64,000 nucleotides of DNA from Phoronis australis (lineage: Eukaryota > Animalia > Phoronida). A program made the position numbers and the translations under genes. Below, one piece after another: positions 1 to 10,400 of the stretch (its first letter is position 1; the number at the start of each line of letters is the position of its first letter). The notes beneath the pieces were generated by a model that was given only the letters and a program-made list of their open reading frames with translations, was not told where the DNA came from and did not search any database. The stretch covers positions 25,621 through 89,620 of the forward strand of contig NMRA01000020.1 of assembly GCA_002633005.1 (NCBI GenBank). The letters run 5' to 3'.

Positions 1-508
1 TCCAGGGGTAGCTTGAACAATGTATCAAAATGTCCCAGGGTCGATCAAGTTTTGTAATAAAATACAGAGCGATAATTGATGCTGGGTTCTTAGCATTTTA
101 CGTGAACAACTTCATTGAAAACGTCTGTGCACATCAAAGTTGGGTGCAAAACTTATAACAATTTATTTCAATTGAAACTGAATTAATAAACAATGCAATG
201 CATTTTTATGTCATTTAGAGTAACTGTAAGCACTGTAGTTGACTTGTGTGGTCATACTTCGTGCATTTCCGTCTGAACGAAACGTTCACGACTTTAGGGC
301 CTCATTCAAAATGGCCGATGATATCAGCGACAGTTTTAAAACTCTGCTTACGGATACAAACAAGGATTAAGATTGTCAAAACACATATATTTGTGAAGGC
401 TGATACATGTCTATGACATCACATGAGCAGTTGCAAACGGGCACTGGGTAGTATGACAATCAACTGCTTATTATGCTTATATTCACGACTTTAGGTCACT
501 GGGGTATA

Positions 509-1317
509 CAGTCAAGTGACCTAATTATTGGACGTTTTGGCACATTTTGCATTATATTTAATTGAAAATACTACGGATTGTTGCAAATTCTTTGCTGAAA
601 TAAAGATTTACCTTCACGGAATTGTTATGTTACTATATCTTGTCACTGAAAGCCACATTTATGTTCCGACTGATCTTCAAAAAACACAACAACCAAACCT
701 TCGGAGAACCTAAATATCGGACACCATGTTTCTCCATACGACACACCGCGGAAAACTGACTAACCATGTAATGGTCGCGGGCACCTTGTCGCCAAATTTC
801 AGCTCGAGTGTTTTGACATATATGCTGCTAGAACCCAGGTCCATTCGCAACAAAATTATCCATAAAATGAAATCTGATGACGTCGCCAAGTCGTTTCGAT
901 GAATTAGTGCACGTGCAAACTCACTGCAGTTTTTAGTATCACTTAGGCTTCTTGATATGACACCCGCACGTGCGCGGTCGGTGTTTGACTTGAGTTTAAA
1001 AACAAACGAAAAAATGGAACAGTGACATATTTCCAGTTCAATGAGATGGTGTCGTTTTAGAAAAAGACTTTATTTTCAACTTTTATAACCGATTTATGCG
1101 ATCGTCCATTTTAGGCCGACTTGGGGGTCTAAATTGCACCCTCTCTCGGTGAAATCAAAACGAGGCAACGCTGTAAAAAAACGAGACGGTGCCGGACATT
1201 GAATGCATTACAACGGAACAAAAATTGGTGTCATTTAATTCTCAGATTATGCTTCAAGTAAGATTCTATGAAATGTCCGATATTTAGGTTCCGTCCGATA
1301 ATTAGGTACACTCACTA
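509..1317. mobile_element. Non-autonomous TIR element, Tc1/mariner/pogo-like
   Basis: Left end TA|CAGTCAAGTGACCTAATTATTGGACG. The right end reads TAGTGAGTGTACCTAATTATCGGACG on the minus strand. The internal ACCTAAATATCGGAC motif recurs at about 708 and inverted at about 1275. No coding capacity. Confidence 0.5.
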
Positions 1318-1472
1318 TCCCCAACGAAGCATTTGTTATTCAGGGACCAACAAAATTCTTTGCTGGGCAGCCAACCCTGCTAACTGTCGTCTGCACTATA
1401 CGTTGTTATTGCGATTAGTACTCCTGCTAATAACTAAGATGACTTGTNCGCGTGGCAGCGCTGCACGCGAAA

Positions 1473-1483
1473 CAAGATGGCGG
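1473..1483 (+). promoter_or_regulatory. YY1/TISU-like element (CAAGATGGCGG) overlapping the first ATG of the SR gene
   Basis: Matches the SAASATGGCGGC consensus typical of housekeeping-gene starts. It is followed by a GTAATC donor at 1511. Confidence 0.6.
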
Positions 1484-4400
1484 ACGACCTTTGGAGACTG
1501 ACGACGAGAGGTAATCGGACTATAACATCCCCAACGAAGCATTTGTTATTCAGGGACCAACAAAATTCTTTGCTGGGCAGCCAACCCTGCTAACTGTCGT
1601 CTGCACTATACGTTGTTATTGCGATTAGTACTCCTGCTAATAACTAAGATGACTTGTTGAGATGTCTTTAACTCAATTTTCAAGTCAGCCGGTGTCCGGT
1701 GACGCGGTACGTTTCGTCACGTCTGAATCAGTGGACAAACACCGACTTCCATTGCCAATGTAGTAATGGTAGTTATCATTCCTCAGGAAAACATCAAATG
1801 AAAAAATTGGACCTCAACATGTTAATAATGGTTGAGGCCAGCAGAAAGAAGAGAAAGAGTACGCTAACAAAGTTAATACTAACCCATTTCTGATGGTACT
1901 CTCAGCAGACGTGTACAGTGTTAATGCGCATGCGTCAATAATCTATTTCCTGTTGGCGACATTTTTGGAGCACTGACAAAATAGCTTTGAAGCTTTCGAT
2001 TATGATAACAAGCAACAAATATGAATCTCTTGGCATCATGGATGAGGTTTTCCATCTGAGAACCACCAACTTCAAAGAATGCTTGATCACAAAAGAACAA
2101 AATATACGTGTACTCTTTTATATTTAAAGGTACAAAACAATATAGTGAGGTTTCCAATGATAAAACTCGTATTCACTATCAACAATACAAAACAATAAAA
2201 ATTATTTTATCTTTTTTTGTGGAAGTTTCGATCCCATCAAACTTCATTTTATTTGAAAGTGATATGTTTAAAGTAACACACAAATTATAAGAGTAAGGGT
2301 AAATCCAAAAACTGCAGATAGTAGAGGTGCAAGAGATATACTAATTAGTTATCTTTTAGAACCATGCAGTGACACAACGATGCCGCGCGAAGGACGTTCG
2401 TTGTTTGTTGGACGCATTGATAAACGATCCACAACGAGAGATTTGGAGGACATTTTCGACAGATATGGTCATTTAACAAGATGTGAAATTAAATATGGTT
2501 TGTATGGAAAATTTTCGCGCCGTCTTTAGGTCCTGGCCACTTTATGTTATCAAAACAATGGTGTCAAATACGGCACCCAACGTATACTCCGATGCCCTAT
2601 AGTCGTCCGCCTAAGCATAAAACCGGCTTGTTGTCTTACTCACCCAATTATTCCACNTTTCTAGGCAAATTCTATACTCCCCTTGCGATGTTATTTTTGC
2701 TTTAAAACAACCAGTCTTGCACAAATACGAACGAATTTCCCGTACTCAATTCTCTCCCGTACTGACGCCATCTTTTGAAAATGAGAGAACGCCCGTCGTG
2801 TAAATAACAACCAAATGACTACGAGATTGTTTACTCAGACTGTTTACCCACTGTGTAGGCTGCATTATTACCCAGTTCGCTGAACAAGATGATTTAGTGG
2901 TCCCCACCAGCCACACGCTACATAGGATTAATTTAACTCCAATTAAAACGTATGGTCGCATGGATAAATTTTATTGTGTATGAAATATGTCCACCGAGCA
3001 CGCTGCTGATGGAAGTGGTGGTCATATGAACGAAAAATTGTCTCCCGACCACAAGGCAAGCACTGTTGAAGTCATTTAAAGCAAGTGGTTGTGTAGTAAA
3101 AAATATCCATCAGGACCACGCCTTTAACATAAGCCTACTTATAACGCGTGGTCGTTTGGACTGACGAAAAATGACCGCCCGACCACAAGCGATCTGCCGA
3201 CTCATGAAAAATCATGTCAGGTCAGTAGGGATGAAAATTGATTGCCCCAACCACCCTCTCTAAATCGTTTAAAGCGCGTGGTCGTATAGTAAAAAATATC
3301 CGTCGGGACCACGCCTTCTTGCGCGTGGTCGATTGGACGAAAAATGACCGCCCGACCACAAGCGATCTGAGACTCGAGAAAAATCGTGTCAGGTCAGTGG
3401 GAATGAAAATTGACTTCCCCCACCACCCTCTAAATCATTTAAAGCGCGTGGTCGTATAGTAAAAAAATATCCGTCGGGACCACGCCTTCTTTAACATAGG
3501 CCTACTTATAGCGCGTGGTCGTTTGGACGAAAAATGACCGTCCGACCACAAGCGATCTGAGCCTCGAACAAAATTGTGTCCGGTCAGTATGGATGAAAAT
3601 TAAAAGCCCATACCACCCTCTCTAAATCCATAATGCAGAGCGACGAATTTGCAAGCTCTAGAGGGATTGCCAATATACCGGTGAATCCGCCGTACATTCA
3701 TTTAACTGTTAATCACTCGGTGAATTTCGTCAATCCTGTCAACGGCGCAACAACGAATAACGTGGAAAACTTTTGGAAAAACGCAAAGAGACGACTAAAA
3801 GCTATGTCAGGCGTGGGCGATGACCAATTGCCAAGCCATCTCGACGAGTTCATGTGGCATGGGGAACACGGACAAACATCCAGTGCCGCTTTTTTCAATG
3901 TACTGCACCACATATCAGTAATGTATATACTTGGCGTGCCTCCAGGAATATTTTTGTTAAATTGTAGTGATGAATTGTGTTAACGAACTCTATATTATTG
4001 TCTTTGGTAAATACACTATACTCTATATTATCGTAAATACTCTATATTGTTGTCTATTTTAGCCAATATAATTCTTAAACATTTATCGGGTCTAATTTTC
4101 TCAGAACAATTCATGCTCGCACCCAGCCTTCAATACGGCTTAATATTGAATTTCCCACGTTGTGGACCTTTTAATAACAAAAAAACTAAAAAAGTATTAG
4201 AAGAGGGAGCACCCCTGTGAATTGCACATTTGCACTTATTTAGTGGAGTTTTGTGAGCATGCAATTTGCTTAGCACATACATTTAATGGCCGTGATCCAC
4301 CTTTTTTTCGAAGCCGCGTTAAGTGATTGAATGTTAATACTTAACACCGTTAGACTTGATTTATTTAGTTCAAGAAAGTTTTTAACTCCTTCTGTATCAA

Positions 4401-7400
4401 AAAAATGGGATTTCAGGGCTCAACACTAACGGTTGCCCGATTTGCCCGTGTACATGTAGATTTTGCGTCGGGCAAGTGGAATTTGAAAAGTACTTGCCCG
4501 ATGGGCAAGTTAAAAAGCTAGCCGCATAGGCAAGTAGATCCTAAGATTGTCTGCTCGACATTTGCTCCAAAGTAACGAACCCCGACACAAGCCTAAAAAC
4601 CGTCGAAAAAGCCCTGTGGCCGTCAAAGAAACTTCCGTCTTCGAATGAGGACCAAAAGGAAAATAGATCGAGCGTGATGCAGCGTGCACAGATGACACTC
4701 GCGGTCAAATCCTTTCGATTCTCTGAACGTGCCCTGCAGTTTCTGAATAAGTTGTCACGTGATACTACTGATCGTCTGCACTCTGGCAAAACGTCTTAAC
4801 ATGGAAGCCGTCCAGGCCTGGACGGCATTGGTTTAGTTGCTAAAAAACAAGTTCAGGAAGAATCAAAGCAATAATATGAAACGAAAAAAGTGCGGGGATG
4901 GGTTCCGTCATGGGAAATTAGGTTTTCTGGCCTGCGAGACAGTGAACAATGGACGACGTTTGATTTTTGCCGGCGTTTACCCATGTACAGCTGGAAGCAC
5001 CGCGTTCGTCAGCGGATGTAAGTCATACAGATAAGCGCAAAAGCTAAAAAGTGAAGGATTGACGACATATTTTCTACACTACACAGCAGTTTAAAAGGCC
5101 TGGTATTTATTCAGGGGGAATTCCAAAGGACATTCTTATGAATTCCCGGCTCCCGGTGGCGACTCCCGAAAGAAGAGGAATACGATACGGTCTTCGGGAT
5201 TGCCGTTCTGAAGTCTGAAGGGTGACTTTTTCGCGGTCTATCTGTTTTTCAAAAATGTAATTATTTATTGAAAATAAAAGTATGTGGCATTATTATATGT
5301 TTAAATTTGATTTTAATTTAATACAAGGTACCGATGACCAAAACTGGGCAAGATTTTTACGGATAGCAAAAATTGAAATTCAGGTTAGCAACAACTCAAG
5401 TTTAATGCATAAGGGTATATAAACTGATGAATACGCAGAAGTGTCGAGAGTTCATGCCCTAGCTCATTTCGGCGCCTGTGAGTGTGTGACAATGGTTCAG
5501 ATACCATAGTTACTCTTCTAATTTGTCTCTCTAGTGTTTTGACACACCTTATAAATAAATGTTCTATAAGAAGAATCGCTAAAAAAATAGTAACTCATGT
5601 ATGTAGCGTGCACAACACAAGAGGAAGCTCAGCACAGGCAGCCCTACGGTAACACATTACCTAGGGGTGCACATGCACGGTGCTACTTGGGATTGTACTT
5701 GGGGCAAGTGAATTCGTTGTTCGGGCAAGTAAAATTTCAACTACTTGCCCGAAGGGCAAGTGGCTTCAAAAGTTAATGTTGAGCCCTGCATGACACTAAG
5801 GTACAGAGAATGATAAACCATCAATACTGCATTGAGGAATTGGTCAATTAAAGAACAGTCATCATATGGGAAAACCTCTAGAAAATCAGCCGTAACGAGA
5901 CGACAGACGGCACAAACTCGGAGTAGACTAGTTATGCTGATGTGTATATTGCCATTTTATTACGAACAAGTATTGTTGCATACAGGCAGGATACCTTACG
6001 AGTGTGTGTTGAACTAATGGGCACTAAACCAAAAATAAAGCATACCACGTAATGGATACATGGCCCGGTGTAGTGGGAAGTAAATAAATGCAACTGAAAA
6101 AAAAATGTCCATGGCATAATGTAAATGTCGTCATATTTCAAATCTATTGATCTCTTCGTACTAAGCTCTCGCCTATCTGCACTTGCATGACAGTTTTGGT
6201 CAGTCATTTCTGTGACCATTTTCTGGTGTTATTCAGTGTTGGAGTACTGGACTGGCAATCTAAAGATCTCAGATTTATCCCTGGTTGCACCAAGAAAATA
6301 GAAAAAGTTGATCTTTCACCACCACTGTAACACCTGAAGATGGCTGGAGAAATGACCGACTGAAACATCATGCCAATGTAAATAGGCTAAAGGTTGAAAC
6401 AAGAAGAGGTGATGTTTCTGCATCACCACCTCAAAGTGCTTTTTGGCAAGACGGGTATTTTTCAGTTTTTAACTTTTGTTTTCTTCTGTTTTAGGTGCCG
6501 AAATGGGTAAGTTTGCTTCGTGACCAACCAAATCTGTTTAGAGCTCATTGACCTGTGTCAAGATCCTCGCCCAGTCCGAGGGAGGCTCGTAGCCATTTTT
6601 GTTAGTTATCAGAATAACATCTGTTACAATCTTAGATTATTTTAGAATAGGTAGATTTTAAATTTTTAGTCAAAAGGAATGTAATTCTCACGGAATTTAC
6701 GTAGGTAACTAAATAATGTTTCATAATTTGCACAGTATACAATTTCTGCTTTGTGTGAAATTGTGCTACCGCAGAACATATACAGTCCACTTAAGGATGT
6801 ATTTGCATGCTCCTAACTTTGCAAATGTATTCTAGGAAATAAACAACGCTATTTTAACTTCACTAAACAAAGTGCAATTGTATTCATTGACAACTTGTAA
6901 ATGTGACCTTTGCACTAATGATGCACCTCCCCCCACATAGCCCACATCATACAGTGTTATTCCCCAGCACCACATCATGATACTTTCTGGACACGGTTCA
7001 GCAATTTGCGGCGGATCATTTTTGCCACAAAACTCGTTCTTAAAAACATTTACCGTAGCAATTTTCAACCTGCTTCATATTCATATCGTCACTACATGTT
7101 GTTTTTCTAACTAATTTGATCAAGCAATCACAGAGATAAGGAATTAGCGTGCAAGTTCCACTTTAAAGTTATGTGCTGTAGGACCTTAACGATAAGTCTG
7201 CATTTAGCCAAATGTCATCTGAACTATAAATTGTATTTGGGTGAAAGGATATATATTTAGAAATCTGAAAACTTGTAAAATTTGATTTTGGACTTTATAC
7301 CAATGTTCTAGAAATTGGGTCATGTGATCAAGTGTTTTTAGTAAAATTTTCGTAAAAAGGAAGTTGCTTTGATTTCAGAGAAAGCCAACTGTATCATGAA

Positions 7401-10400
7401 CGTGTGTCAATATCGTTTGAGATAAATCTTCGAGGTAACATCTCAGCAATGCTGTTACAGTTTATAAATGCTCACTTCATTTTCGCTTTCTGCAAATTGG
7501 GATTTTTTGTGTAAAAATCTGCAATGGTGTATTTTTACACCTCTTCATGCAAATGTAGAACATTTTAAAAACAATTCCTAACTGGAAAACTGTGTATAAA
7601 GCATTGAATCAGAAGGTTTCCTATGAATCTGATTAGGAGTGACCTTTCGAATTTAGCCAAATTTGAACACTTTTCTAGGGGTCCTACATAACCTAAAGTG
7701 TTATTTATATAATTTGAACCGAGTTGATGATGTGGCTGCTTTTATTAACTTCACTGTGTTCAACTATACGCCTAATGCGGCTAGTTTTAGATACGCGAAC
7801 TATAGGGCTGTCCCGGATTAGGCAGCGACACTCGAATCTTGCTGTATTTACCCACAATTCCGTAAACATCCGTCAGGCAGATTTGCTACCTCGTTTTCAT
7901 GCCAATGGAGTTTCACATGTTATTTGTTGTTGTCTGATACTTTACAAGTTTTTCTCGGTTGCATAACTCTAGTCATTCTTTCAATGCCAACAAAGTATTA
8001 CTGTTGTGCTGTAGGTTGCAACTCCGACACGAGGAAGTTTGATAAACTGGATAAATATGCAAGCATGCGTGATGTGAAATTCTTCACCTTCCCGACATCG
8101 AGATACAGGAAAATGTGCATGATTTTGTAAAACGAGGTCACGCGCTTTCTTATCTCCGGGACTAAGGAAAGGCCATCACTGTGTAATCCGGAATGGCCCT
8201 ATTATTGCAGTCTCATTACGGAGTAATAATATGAACTAGAAAGATTATTGTCAAGGCGTGACAATAACGGACTCTGCGCGTGCGTATTACTGGAATTATT
8301 ACGGGAAGTTACTGACAGCAACCTGTTTACCAATATGAAAAGGAATTCTTTAAAATTGTAGGAGAAATTACGTATTAATTTTTTGATGACCTTTCCACTA
8401 ATTGACCTCTTCCGGTGCATTATGAGCCCCGATGAGGGAGTAATTGTTAACTCAATTAAAAGTGTGGTTAATGCTAATAATCACAGATGTTTTACTTTAA
8501 GCACTTCAGAATACAAGATGAATGAAGTGGTCAAACTTTCAGAGGAAAAATGCACCTAATGACCCATGGGGGCACCTAATGACCTGAAAATTTAGAATTC
8601 AAACCCAATCGCACTTAGTAAACAGATACATAATTCTGAACTCTCTAGCTCAAAATTTTAGTTTGCACTCAATGACCTTTGACCTATTTTTTCTGATTGG
8701 TTAGGCCTATTGCAAAGTAAAGTAGGGTATTCAATTGGCTATGTTGACTTACACCAGTGTGCGGAAATTGAAAAGAATTCCTTGAAAAACGTAACAGATA
8801 TAACATTTTGAACGTTACATGACCTTTGCACTAATTGACCTTATCCGGTGCATTTTAAGCATCTTTAGGAGAATTATTGCAAAGCCCATGTGTTTAACGC
8901 TGAGAATCACAGTTGTCCAACGGTTGACACATCAGAATACTTGCTGATTGAAAAGGTCAAATTTTCAGAAGAAAAATGCACCTAATGACCCCATGTTTGC
9001 ACTAAATGACCTGAAACTTTGGATTCCGATTTGATTTACCTGTGGCAATCATACCTGTCAATTTTGAAGTGTCTAGCTCAAAATTTTAGTTTGCACCTAA
9101 TGACCTTTGACCTATTTCACCTGATTGGATGACCTGATTACATAGAAAAGTAATTTTTTAAATTGTCATGTTGACTTATACCTGTGCACCGAATTTGAAA
9201 AATATAGCTTTAAAACTGAAGGAGGAGTAGCATTTTGAAAATTATATGACCTTTGCACCAAATGACCTCTTCCGGTGCAATATGGAATATGATTATATAA
9301 CCAATCAAAATTTATATATTGTCAAAAGTCATATGCTGAATTCAAAGACCGTACCTGCACCCAATTTGGAGTTATTAAGCCTCAAAGTCGGTCGGAAGAA
9401 GAATAAGAATAAGAATAAGAAGAATAAGAATAAAATTGAAGAAAACCCAGGAACAACAGTACTCTGCGCTTACACGCGCAGAGTAATGATTGTTGACTCA
9501 GTAACTAACTACGCATCAAGTGTATACGTACCCTTGCACCGATTGCAGAAAGTCCGAGGTTGAAGTCCCAGTCAGTACAGGAATTCTTTCTGAATTGTAA
9601 TCATTAGGTCGCGTGATGTGAGCATGCGACTCCGATGGGATCTCTACTTCATGTGTAATTGTAAATTGTACACTTGGGAAATAATTGGAAATGTAAGACC
9701 TCAACACATGGCCTTTAACATTCTTGAAGTTTTGAAATTAATGTTGACAAGTAAGTAGCAGTGTTTCTGTTCAATGTGACTGTGATTGCTTGTTCTTTTT
9801 AGCATATGCATTTGTGAACTATGATGACAGTAAGGCGGCGGCGGTAAGTAAAACATTTTGTTGTTTTTGCTGTTCAGTTAAATTACCTCTGCTGAATAAG
9901 AAATTTTAATGTGGCGTTAATCCTACTACAGTGTTATTGAATATTCACGCGATAATGTTTAGATTGTGTTTGTTTTATTAAAGTTAAATTTTTGTCATTG
10001 ACCCTGGGTCACAGGATGCCACTGATGGAAAAAAATAATAAATTGTATTAATTAGCGACATTGATGTCTTTTATCAGTTTTGTCAAGTTATCAGTTTTAT
10101 GGACTTGTGGTCTATACCTCTTTTTAGAAATTTGAGCTTTCTTTAATAAAAGCTATATTGAGCAGGTTTGGTCATACGACTGTTGCCTTGGGACATATCG
10201 TTTCACTCAATGGAGAGGGAGAGTGTTGAATGTTTTGGTTTCATTTTCACAAATATCGAGTTGCGAAAGGCCAGTGAACACTTCTAATTTATGGTTATTC
10301 AGTGGCCGGATTGGAGCTCAAAGGTGTTTTTTTTTTTTCAATAAACCGCTTCATTCCTAATTTATCTTGGCCACTTTTGACCGGCTGAAGCAGAGCTCAA

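Noticed and set aside
3633-3983. Bacterial IS or horizontal transfer
   Set aside because: IS1595-like transposases are native to animals as Merlin elements, and the fragment is truncated and intronic.
6225-6292. Functional tRNA gene
   Set aside because: The D-arm and T-loop (ATTTATC instead of GTTCRA) are corrupted and the acceptor stem is incomplete. Treated as a SINE or retroelement relic.
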